Assembly: GCA_023539495.1 (NCBI GenBank)
Contig: JAKCEV010000004.1
Coordinates: forward strand, 1 to 24,000
Source: Candidatus Wolframiiraptor allenii
GTDB taxonomy: Archaea; Thermoproteota; Nitrososphaeria_A; Caldarchaeales; Wolframiiraptoraceae
Reading direction: 5' to 3'
Length of the DNA stretch: 24,000 nt
A program made the position numbers and the translations under genes. Under the pieces are notes generated by a model that was not told the origin of the DNA, searched no databases, and saw nothing but the letters and a program-made list of their open reading frames with translations. This document shows, one piece after another, positions 16,337 through 24,000 of the stretch (the stretch's first letter is position 1; each line of letters starts with the position of its first letter).

Positions 16337-17521
16337 CTACCAGTATTTGATCCCTTTATTCTTGATGTAATCGTAGACTCTTTTTGCGGTCTTCTCCATC
16401 CCGAAGGCCTTCAAGTGTAGCAGGGTCTCCGCATATGCCTTGCTCCTTATCGCGTTCCTAGTCTCATCCGATATCTTGTCAAGCTCATTAAAGAACTGTT
16501 TTAGCGCGAACTTAGAGTTCTCGACAAATATCTCAGCCTCGTGCACCCCCTCCTTCCTATAGTTCTCGATAACCCACTTGTAGATCCTCTGGTATAACTC
16601 TGGCTCGTAGATCCTCAGGATGTCATAGACCATGAGCATGTATATTGTCGCGACATTGCCCTTTCCTATCATCCCTTTCGGGAACTTTTCCGCGATAAGG
16701 TAGAGTGGTGTCCCGCTCACACCATGTTGAGCAACCCTAGTCGGGTACCCGTTATCCCATAATGCCTGGACGATCTCAACGGTGCGCTGGATGTTTATCC
16801 CGAGCTGTGGTATTATATTACCCTCCGCGTCCACCGAGACGCCGTGTTTCGAGCCATTATTTATCGCGAGCCAGTGGAGGTCAACCCCATTCTGCTTCAT
16901 GCTCTTCACATAGTATAGGGCCTCCTCGACGGTTGTTAACTCTGTCTTACCTATCTCGCCGACCTCGCCCTCCCTGCCATAGTTCCTGTGCCCTATTAGC
17001 TCGTCTAGGTACCTGAACATCTCCGTGCCAACCTCGATTATCCGCTTAAGCTGCTCCGGCACAGTATCCTTGGTCAAGTCGAAGAGGTATGAAGCATCTA
17101 TGGCGAAGCTTGTGAACCCAGCCTCAACCCTTGCGGCTAGCTCTCGCTTAACGTTCTCTATCTCCTCATCCGCGCCCTTCCTGATCACAACATGATCCGC
17201 GTGGAGGACATAGCCGTACCAGCCGACATTCTCAGCAGCCTTTCTCACACGCTCGGCGAATGCCTTGGGCGTCAGGCCGGTATAGCCTCCCTTCAGGTTC
17301 ATCTCGGATAGAGCTAGCTCTAGAATCACCACGTTCTCCGTGTCCTTGGCCGCCTTCAGGATCCCTTCAATCACCTCGATTGTAACCCTTGGATTGATCG
17401 CGAGAGCAATCTCCTTTGGCGGCGTCAAGGCCTCGAAGAGAACATTCCCCGGTATCGGGGGCTTGGGATCCTCGAAAAACGCTACATGCGCTGGTTTCAT
17501 CCAGTCAGCCACCTCAACCAC
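16337..17521 (-). CDS. Divergent class II fructose-bisphosphate aldolase family protein
   Basis: LHADHV, GHRNYGREGEVGEIGKTE, NNGSKHGV, RVAQHGVSGTP and GKGNVAT align by position with class II aldolase metal- and phosphate-binding motifs. Located just upstream of dhaK-dhaL in the same orientation. Confidence 0.75.
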   Translation of the reverse strand: MVEVADWMKPAHVAFFEDPKPPIPGNVLFEALTPPKEIALAINPRVTIEVIEGILKAAKDTENVVILELALSEMNLKGGYTGLTPKAFAERVRKAAENVGWYGYVLHADHVVIRKGADEEIENVKRELAARVEAGFTSFAIDASYLFDLTKDTVPEQLKRIIEVGTEMFRYLDELIGHRNYGREGEVGEIGKTELTTVEEALYYVKSMKQNGVDLHWLAINNGSKHGVSVDAEGNIIPQLGINIQRTVEIVQALWDNGYPTRVAQHGVSGTPLYLIAEKFPKGMIGKGNVATIYMLMVYDILRIYEPELYQRIYKWVIENYRKEGVHEAEIFVENSKFALKQFFNELDKISDETRNAIRSKAYAETLLHLKAFGMEKTAKRVYDYIKNKGIKYW

Positions 17522-17710
17522 AAGTTAGCGCTCCCATAATTTAACACTTTGCATATAGGAAAGAGCTAAATATAATGGCCCAGTCAAGGGCGGCCGTTTC
17601 CAACCTTAAAAAGCGTTCTCTACAGCCTTTTTAGCGACTCTCACCTAGATGCATCAGAGATTTTAGGCCGTCATAATTTTTATGGTAGATGGAGGTACTT
17701 TGATCCCGAA

Positions 17711-18538
17711 ATGGCTCGAGGCGTGGTCATAATAGGCTTGGGCGAGGTTGGTAAATCCATCTACGGAATTCTGAAAGAAAGATTTCCAAACGTGTATGGT
17801 TATGATCTCGATTCATCTGCCCGGGTTGATGAGCTAGAGAATATTCCCACCCGCGTTGATGTGATCCATATAGCCTATCCATTTAGGGGGCTTAATGACT
17901 TCGTGAATTCTGTGATAGGTTATGCGCGCGAGCTCGGGGCTGAGGCTGTTATTGTGCATTCGACGGTAGCGCCGGGCACTACTAGGACCATACAGTCGAG
18001 GATCAAGGCTCATGTAGCTTACTCGCCTGTAAGGGGCAAGCACCCGCATCTCAAAGCTCACCTGATGTTCTGGCCCAAGTGGGTCTCAGCGGTGAAAAAA
18101 GAAGCCCTAGAGCATGCCAAGATTCATCTTGAGCAGGCGGGCTTCAGGGTGAAAGTTGCCCCTGATCCTGAATCCCTTGAGCTGGCGAAGCTCTGGGAGA
18201 CCGTGTATAGGGCCGCGATGATAGCATGCTGGCAGGAAGCACATAGGATTGCAAGGATGTTCGGGGCGGATGTCGGCGTCGTCGCCGAGTTCATCTCCGA
18301 GGTTCATGAGGTGCTTCGTGATAGACCGGTCTACTACCCGGACTTCATAGGAGGGCACTGCCTAATACCTAATACCCGAATACTCCATGAAATAACGGGC
18401 TCGGATCTCCTAGAATTCATCCTTCGATCAAATGAGAAGCGCGCCGAGGAGATTCGCGACGAAAGCATCGCAAAGGAAGTGGAGAAGGTTAGAAGGATCT
18501 GGCTAAACCATATTCCTAGAGAGTATTATCGTATGTGA
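17711..18538 (+). CDS. Short NAD-dependent UDP-sugar/6-phosphogluconate dehydrogenase-like oxidoreductase
   Basis: Rossmann motif VVIIGLGEVGKSIYG, VHSTVAPGTTR, and IGGHCLIPN resembling the catalytic GGHC motif of UDP-sugar dehydrogenases. GGAGGT RBS upstream. Lacks the C-terminal UDP-binding domain (275 aa). Confidence 0.72.
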   Translation: MARGVVIIGLGEVGKSIYGILKERFPNVYGYDLDSSARVDELENIPTRVDVIHIAYPFRGLNDFVNSVIGYARELGAEAVIVHSTVAPGTTRTIQSRIKAHVAYSPVRGKHPHLKAHLMFWPKWVSAVKKEALEHAKIHLEQAGFRVKVAPDPESLELAKLWETVYRAAMIACWQEAHRIARMFGADVGVVAEFISEVHEVLRDRPVYYPDFIGGHCLIPNTRILHEITGSDLLEFILRSNEKRAEEIRDESIAKEVEKVRRIWLNHIPREYYRM

Positions 18539-18873
18539 GTTACTCTACTTCCTAAGGCGGCCTCCAATATTTTTAGGAGCATGGTCTTTGAGTTTTTCTT
18601 AATACCATATTCATCTCCTCTCGCCGGCACTCAAGCATCTTCCGAGACATTCTCATACGAGTTACATTCTAGGAGTATGCCCATCCGCCTACGCCTATAG
18701 TGAGGAACGTAGAATATGTCGTTCAAGGCCGTCCACATTATCAGTCCTAGGCTCGCCAACAACTAGTCCTAAGAAGCTTAACAGCCTCATAATCATCACC
18801 ATTAGTTCATAAAAACTTAGAAATTTTATAAAGAGGAGAAAAAGAAGCTTGAATGGTTTTGATAATAACCTCT

Positions 18874-20346
18874 TTAATAGTCAAGATACTTCATGAACTC
18901 CCAGGGTGTTATATATAGGCAATACTGGTTCCATTCATTTGCTTTATACTCTATAAATGCGTCAAATATATGACTGCCTAGAGTTGCGCGTATAACATCA
19001 TCACCTTTCATCTCCTCTAACGCCTCTTTAAGCGTCGTTGGTAGTTCTCTTACCCCAAGAGCTCTGCGCTTTTCTGGAGGCATTTTGTAGACATCTTCAT
19101 CAACAGGGTCACCTGGATCTATTTTCTTCTTTACTCCATCAAGTCCAGCCATCAAAAGGCAGGCAAATGCTAAGTAGGGATTGCAGGACGGGTCTATACC
19201 CCGATATTCTACTCTTTTTTGATGAGCAAAATTTGGACCTTTATTGTAGACGGGAATTCGTATGAGGGCCGACCTGTTGCGACGGGACCACGTTATGTAA
19301 ATCGGCGCCTCAAATCCGGGGGCAAGTCGCTTGTAAGAGTTTACTGTCGGGCAACATATGGCGGTCAAGGCTCTAGCATGCTCTAAGAGTCCACCAATGA
19401 AGTATCTTCCTACCTGACTAAGTTCAGCATATTCATCTCTTTCGTCATACATCTCGTTTTTTCCGCCACGCCATAGGGAAATATGCGTATGCATTCCACT
19501 TGCATTATCGAGATAGATTGGTTTGGGCATGAATGTAGCTATTAAGCCGTATTTCTTGGCAACGTTTTTTGCAACGAACTTGAAGTACATTACTTTATCA
19601 GCTGTTTCAATAAGATTACCGAAAGTAAAATCTATTTCAATCTGGCCGGATGTTGCAACTTCATGATGGTGTTTTTCGATTTTAAAACCAAAGTAATTCT
19701 CTAAAATCGAAGAAACCTCGTTGCGATATTCTACAGTCGTGTCCTCTGGCGGAGGCCTGAGGTATCCCTCTTTTGGTCTAAGGATAAGATTACCGGGAGT
19801 AATTTCAGGGGACTGTGGGACGACTCTAGGCGCGCCCCAAGAATCCCCTTCCCCTCCCTTTGGGCTCACCCATAGATCCCAAACAAGTTTTGTAGGGTCT
19901 ATTGAAGAAAAAACAAAGTACTCTATCTCTGGGGCAAAAAACGCCGTATAACCCATACTTTCAGCAGCTTTCACAGCATTTCTTGCAACATATCCTCTAG
20001 GGCATACTTCAGAGACATTGCCACCATAAGCTTCATGAACGTCACCTATAATTATTGCGCTTCTTTGGTTTTCATCATCATTAGTCCATGGAAGCACCGC
20101 CAAAGTTTTTGGGTCTGGCATAAGGACCATGTCTGATTCTTCAATGGATTTATAACCCCTAATAGAGGAGCCGTCAAAGCCTAAACCAGCTCTAAACGCT
20201 TTCCCTTCAACGTAGTCCCTTGCCGATACAACCATGTCTTGCAGTATCCCACGCATATCAACAAATGTAGAGTGAACCCATCGGATCTTATTCGCTTTCA
20301 GTAGTTCTACAGCTTTTTGGATTTCGGTTTCTTTAACTCCTTCCAT
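18874..20346 (-). CDS. glnA: Glutamine synthetase type I
   Basis: Motifs GFDGSSIRGY, APEIEYFVF, NASGMHTHISLW, APIYITWSRRNRSALIRIP, KRVEYRGIDPSCNPYLAFACLLMAGLDG. Start corrected from 20370 to MEGVKETEIQ at 20346. Confidence 0.96.
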   Translation of the reverse strand: MEGVKETEIQKAVELLKANKIRWVHSTFVDMRGILQDMVVSARDYVEGKAFRAGLGFDGSSIRGYKSIEESDMVLMPDPKTLAVLPWTNDDENQRSAIIIGDVHEAYGGNVSEVCPRGYVARNAVKAAESMGYTAFFAPEIEYFVFSSIDPTKLVWDLWVSPKGGEGDSWGAPRVVPQSPEITPGNLILRPKEGYLRPPPEDTTVEYRNEVSSILENYFGFKIEKHHHEVATSGQIEIDFTFGNLIETADKVMYFKFVAKNVAKKYGLIATFMPKPIYLDNASGMHTHISLWRGGKNEMYDERDEYAELSQVGRYFIGGLLEHARALTAICCPTVNSYKRLAPGFEAPIYITWSRRNRSALIRIPVYNKGPNFAHQKRVEYRGIDPSCNPYLAFACLLMAGLDGVKKKIDPGDPVDEDVYKMPPEKRRALGVRELPTTLKEALEEMKGDDVIRATLGSHIFDAFIEYKANEWNQYCLYITPWEFMKYLDY

Positions 20347-20374
20347 ACCCTCACCGGTGCCAGATAGCAAAGAG

Positions 20375-20387
20375 GGTATAATTTAAG
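20375..20387 (-). promoter_or_regulatory. Putative TATA box of glnA
   Basis: Minus strand CTTAAATTATACC about 30 bp upstream of the glnA ATG. Confidence 0.45.
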
Positions 20388-20405
20388 TTTTTCTTTTTAT
20401 AGGAA

Positions 20406-20424
20406 ATAGGTAACCATTTTCCGA
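20406..20424. promoter_or_regulatory. Direct repeat copy 1, candidate regulator binding site
   Basis: ATAGGTAACCATTTTCCGA; 18/19 identical to 20482-20500. Confidence 0.6.
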
Positions 20425-20469
20425 ATATTGCTAAAATAGTTGTAAGCAAGTTATTTTATTCTCTTGGAG

Positions 20470-20482
20470 AAAATTTTATATA
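20470..20482 (+). promoter_or_regulatory. Putative TATA box of the glutamate synthase operon
   Basis: AAAATTTTATATA about 25-37 bp upstream of the ATG at 20507. Confidence 0.5.
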
Positions 20483-20500
20483 TAGGTAACCATATTCCGA
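20482..20500. promoter_or_regulatory. Direct repeat copy 2, candidate regulator binding site
   Basis: ATAGGTAACCATATTCCGA between the TATA-like box and the start codon of the 20507 gene. Confidence 0.6.
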
Positions 20501-20506
20501 TTCAGG

Positions 20507-21664
20507 ATGAACGGAATGGGGGTCAATGTTTCCTTAAATAATCCTTACAGTAATGATAAAGTCATTGAAGCTTGTGCGATATTTGGTATGATGGATCTTT
20601 CTGGCAGGCGTTTCGGTTTCAGGGACCCGGTTAAAGCTATTTCAAACATGCGCGAAAGATCAAATGGACTTGGCGCAGGCTTTGCCATCTATGGGCTTTA
20701 TCCCGAGCATAAGGATGACTATGCACTCCACATAATGTATCTTAATAGAAATGCGAGGGAAAAAACGGAAAAACTTCTAGAGCAGAACTTTGATGTTTTA
20801 AAAGCTGAAGAAATACCTACAGACCCAAAAGCATATGTTCAGAGCCCACCTCCAATATGGCGATATTTTGTTCAGCCAAAGAAGAGTATTGCTAAGAACA
20901 TTTCACAGGATGACTATGTACTGGAAAATGTTATGAAGATTAACACTGGAATAAGGGGTGCTCTTGTAATCTCAAGTGGAAAAAACATGGGTGTGTTTAA
21001 AGGTGTGGGCTTTCCAGAAGATATCGCCGAATATTTCTGCTTAGACGAGTACGAGGGATATATGTGGATCTGCCATGGAAGATTTCCAACAAACACTCCA
21101 GGCTGGTGGGGGGGCTCTCAACCGTTTAACATCCTTGACTGGACAGTTGCGCACAATGGTGAGTTATCCAGTTATGGCGCAAATCGTAGATATCTAGAGA
21201 TGTATGGTTACTACAGCACTATGTATACCGACAGTGAAGTTATGGTGTATGCACTGGACCTGCTTGTGAGGAGGCACAAATTACCCCTTGAAGTTGTCGC
21301 CAAGATATTTGCTCCTCCTTTCTGGTTTGAGATTGATGCTATGGAGCCGAAAGAGAGGAACTTTTACATGGCGCTGCGCCAATGTTATGGTAGCTTGCTT
21401 ATGAATGGGCCTTTCGCCATAATTGCAGCCCGTACCGGAGAAATGATAGGATTAGCCGACCGCTTAAAGCTTAGACCGCTAACAGTAGCGATAAAAGGTG
21501 ATTTGTTCTATATATCATCTGAAGAATCTGCTATACGCTTGGTAGCACCCCATCTAGATAAAGTTTGGAAACCTCGTGGAGGCGAACTTGTAGTAGGGAG
21601 ACTTAAAACCTTAAAACTTTTAGAAATTCCGCAATCTGGGTGGGAGGATGAAAAGCTATATTGA
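20507..21664 (+). CDS. Archaeal-type glutamate synthase, glutamine amidotransferase (class II GATase) subunit
   Basis: N-terminal CAIFGMMD (Ntn nucleophile Cys), CHGRFPTNTPGWWGGSQPFNILDWTVAHNGELSSYGANRRYLE, FAIIAARTGEMIGLADRLKLRPL. Confidence 0.9.
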   Translation: MNGMGVNVSLNNPYSNDKVIEACAIFGMMDLSGRRFGFRDPVKAISNMRERSNGLGAGFAIYGLYPEHKDDYALHIMYLNRNAREKTEKLLEQNFDVLKAEEIPTDPKAYVQSPPPIWRYFVQPKKSIAKNISQDDYVLENVMKINTGIRGALVISSGKNMGVFKGVGFPEDIAEYFCLDEYEGYMWICHGRFPTNTPGWWGGSQPFNILDWTVAHNGELSSYGANRRYLEMYGYYSTMYTDSEVMVYALDLLVRRHKLPLEVVAKIFAPPFWFEIDAMEPKERNFYMALRQCYGSLLMNGPFAIIAARTGEMIGLADRLKLRPLTVAIKGDLFYISSEESAIRLVAPHLDKVWKPRGGELVVGRLKTLKLLEIPQSGWEDEKLY

Positions 21665-23159
21665 GCCGGAGTTCATTGTTAAACGAGATTATGAAAAGTG
21701 TGTAAAATGTAAAGTTTGTATAAATGAATGCACTTATGGTGTACATTATTATGATGATAAGAATGATATAATCCGCAGCCGGGATGAAAATTGTGTGAAC
21801 TGCCATCGCTGCGTAGTATTTTGTCCAACAAAGGCAATAACTATAGAAAAGAATCCAACACAATATACTGAAAACTCGCACTGGACTAGGGAAGTTATAA
21901 CATCCATTAAAAGGCAGGCGGAAACCGGAGGGGCGATCTTAACTGGAATGGGTTGTGATAAGCCCTATTACACTTATTGGGATAAGATCCTCCTCAACGC
22001 CAGCCAAGTAACCAATCCTTCAATCGATCCTCTAAGAGAACCTATAGAGCTTCGAACATATTTGGGCGCGAAACCTGACAAACTTGAACTAGAGCTGGAA
22101 AATGGCGAAGTTTTGTTAAAAACGAAGCTTGCCCCTCAACTATGCGCTGAGGTCCCAATACTCTTTGCAGCTGTTTCATACGGGGCGGTAAATTTTAACG
22201 TCCACTTAGCACTAGCCCGAGCCGCAGCAGAGCTCGGCACGTTCATGAATTGTGGTGAAGGGGGCTTAGACAAGAGACTCTATAGATATGGTGACCATAT
22301 CATTGTTCAGGTGGCTTCAGGACGTTTCGGCGTGAACCCAGAATACTTAAACGTGGGCGCAGCTATAGAAATTAAAATAGGCCAGGGGGCGAAGCCGGGC
22401 ATAGGTGGACATTTACCTGGGGAGAAAGTTACCCAAGAGATAGCACAAATCCGCATGATCCCCGTCGGGACAGATGCGCTCTCCCCAGCCCCTCATCATG
22501 ACATATACTCCATTGAAGACCTGCGTCAACTCATTTATGCTTTGAAGGAGGCGACAGACTATACTAAACCCGTGGCAGTTAAAATAGCTGCCGTGCATAA
22601 TTCTGCAGCCATCGCCAGCGGCATAGCGCGTGCTGGAGCCGACATAATAGTCTTAGACGGGGTCAGGGGTGCAACAGGAGCAGCACCAAAGGTTATTCGC
22701 GATAATGTTGGTATTCCTATCGAGCTGGCACTTGCCTCAGTAGACCAGCGTCTTAGAGATGAAGGTATTCGTAATAGGGTATCCATTATAGTTTCAGGCG
22801 GAATAAGGAGCAGCGCAGATGTAGTGAAGGCTATTGCCTTGGGGGCGGATGCCGTGTATATAGGCACAGCAGCTCTTGTGGCCATTGGTTGTACGCTATG
22901 CCAGAAATGCTACACAGGAAAGTGCCCATGGGGTATTACAACAACAGATCCACAGATTTCTAAACGACTTGACCCCGATGTTGCCGCAAAAAGGCTTATT
23001 AATCTTGTTCGAGCATGGAGTATCGAAATCAAAGAAATGTTAGGAGCTATGGGCATAAACGCTATTGAAAGTCTACGGGGCAATCGTGAGCAACTTCGTG
23101 GCGTTGGGTTAACCGATACCGAATTAAAAATTCTTGGAATAAAAATGGCGGGTGAATGA
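21648..23159 (+). CDS. Archaeal-type glutamate synthase, FMN-binding synthase subunit with N-terminal 2x[4Fe-4S] ferredoxin domain
   Basis: CVKCKVCINECTYG and CVNCHRCVVFCP; synthase motifs GQGAKPGIGGHLPGEKV, SPAPHHDIYSIEDL, LDGVRGATGAAP, IVSGGIRSSADVVKAIALGADAVYIG; Fe-S motif CTLCQKCYTGKCPWGI. Overlaps the upstream gene by 17 nt. Confidence 0.95.
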   Translation: MKSYIEPEFIVKRDYEKCVKCKVCINECTYGVHYYDDKNDIIRSRDENCVNCHRCVVFCPTKAITIEKNPTQYTENSHWTREVITSIKRQAETGGAILTGMGCDKPYYTYWDKILLNASQVTNPSIDPLREPIELRTYLGAKPDKLELELENGEVLLKTKLAPQLCAEVPILFAAVSYGAVNFNVHLALARAAAELGTFMNCGEGGLDKRLYRYGDHIIVQVASGRFGVNPEYLNVGAAIEIKIGQGAKPGIGGHLPGEKVTQEIAQIRMIPVGTDALSPAPHHDIYSIEDLRQLIYALKEATDYTKPVAVKIAAVHNSAAIASGIARAGADIIVLDGVRGATGAAPKVIRDNVGIPIELALASVDQRLRDEGIRNRVSIIVSGGIRSSADVVKAIALGADAVYIGTAALVAIGCTLCQKCYTGKCPWGITTTDPQISKRLDPDVAAKRLINLVRAWSIEIKEMLGAMGINAIESLRGNREQLRGVGLTDTELKILGIKMAGE

Positions 23160-23162
23160 GCT

Positions 23163-23960
23163 ATGAATAGAGAATTTTCACATGAAGGACGAAAAACACT
23201 CGATGCTCCAGGCCCTGTTATGATAAATAATGGAGTTGTCACGATAAATGCTGCCAATATGCATTACCGAGATCTCAATCTTCTTCTAAAAACTCATAGC
23301 AACTTGGCTAAAAGAATAAACATATATAATGTTTACGGCCAAAGGTACATAGGCACAGGTTTAAGAAACAATGTGGAAATACATGTTTATGGAACACCGG
23401 GTAACGACCTGGCCGCCTTTATGGATGGTCCTACAATTTATGTTCATGGTAATGCCCAAGACGGAGTTGGAAATACCATGAATAGTGGTAAGGTGGTTGT
23501 TTACGGGTGCGCAGGAGATGTGGTCGGCTATGCTATGCGAGGCGGGAGGATTTTCATTCGAGATGATGCAGGTTACCGAGTTGGCATACACATGAAAGAA
23601 TATGGTGAACAAAAGCCTGTCATCGTTATAGGAGGGACGGCTCAAGATTTTTTAGGAGAATATATGGCTGGAGGAATCCTCGTGGTTTTAGGGCTTACGC
23701 TAAGTCATGGCGAAACTCATAAAGCAAAGTTTGTTGGGACAGGGATGCATGGTGGGATAATTTACATTCGAGGCCAAGTAACGCATGTAGGAAAAGAAGC
23801 GAAAATTACGGAGTTGGAAGAAAATGACGTAGCTTTACTTAAGCCTATTATTGAAGAGTTTTGCAGCTATTTCAATTTTAATATTGATGAGGTTTTGGCG
23901 GGGGAATTTAAAAAAATAGTCCCGCTATCAACGAGGCCGTATGGAAAGTTATACACTTAG
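23163..23960 (+). CDS. Archaeal-type glutamate synthase, GXGXG-domain subunit
   Basis: Repeated GXXGXXXG beta-helix pattern: YGTPGNDLAAFMDGPTIYVHGNAQDGVGNTMNSGKVVVYGCAGDVVGYAMRGGRIFIRDDAGYRVG... Starts 3 nt after the upstream stop. Confidence 0.92.
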   Translation: MNREFSHEGRKTLDAPGPVMINNGVVTINAANMHYRDLNLLLKTHSNLAKRINIYNVYGQRYIGTGLRNNVEIHVYGTPGNDLAAFMDGPTIYVHGNAQDGVGNTMNSGKVVVYGCAGDVVGYAMRGGRIFIRDDAGYRVGIHMKEYGEQKPVIVIGGTAQDFLGEYMAGGILVVLGLTLSHGETHKAKFVGTGMHGGIIYIRGQVTHVGKEAKITELEENDVALLKPIIEEFCSYFNFNIDEVLAGEFKKIVPLSTRPYGKLYT

Positions 23961-24000
23961 AGCTCATTCCAAATTCTCTAGCTAAATGATCGTTATGACA

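Noticed and set aside
18549-18578. Short inverted repeat TCCTAA...TTAGGA after the 17711 gene, possible terminator
   Set aside because: Six-nt arms with a 17-nt or larger loop; too weak to call a structured terminator.
18735-18815. GTGATGA/CTGA pair on the minus strand resembling a C/D box sRNA
   Set aside because: Box spacing is near the expected range but internal C'/D' boxes are absent; likely coincidental.
22413-23645. Minus-strand ORFs (22413-22598, 22559-22885, 22910-23257, 23361-23645) antisense to glutamate synthase genes
   Set aside because: Shadow ORFs of strongly supported coding sequence.
1-24000. CRISPR array, transposase, toxin-antitoxin or defence island
   Set aside because: Read through both strands and the ORF track; no regularly spaced repeats, transposase motifs or known defence genes seen.

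Overview
Archaeal-looking 24 kb window. Evidence: an ABCE1/Rli1 gene, an intron-bearing tRNA-Ala, a minimal histone-fold ORF, TATA-like promoters and archaeal-type split glutamate synthase genes. Most of it is dense housekeeping and metabolic coding sequence:
- HD-domain protein, PLP aminotransferase, uridine phosphorylase-like protein
- a DedA/YqaA-like membrane protein gene broken by two compensating frameshifts
- NatA/NatB-like ABC exporter and a thioredoxin-reductase-like protein
- zinc-ribbon membrane protein plus a zinc-dependent phospholipase C-like protein
- tRNA-Ala(UGC), ABCE1, phosphohexomutase
- dihydroxyacetone kinase DhaL/DhaK plus divergent class II aldolase, and a short UDP-sugar-dehydrogenase-like protein
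- glnA divergent from a three-gene glutamate synthase operon

I found no CRISPR array, transposon or obvious defence system. The most noteworthy signals are: (1) a 17-nt non-canonical tRNA intron with a fitting bulge-helix-bulge fold; (2) a 58-aa histone-fold ORF missed by the ORF track; (3) a 12+3+12 perfect palindrome next to the TATA-like box of the zinc-ribbon/phospholipase-like gene pair; (4) a near-identical 19-bp direct repeat in the glnA/glutamate synthase divergent promoter region; (5) a thioredoxin-reductase homolog lacking the usual NADPH phosphate-binding motif; (6) compensating frameshifts in the DedA-like gene; and (7) a visible base-composition change near 18.8 kb. All assignments come from reading motifs by eye; no database search was run.
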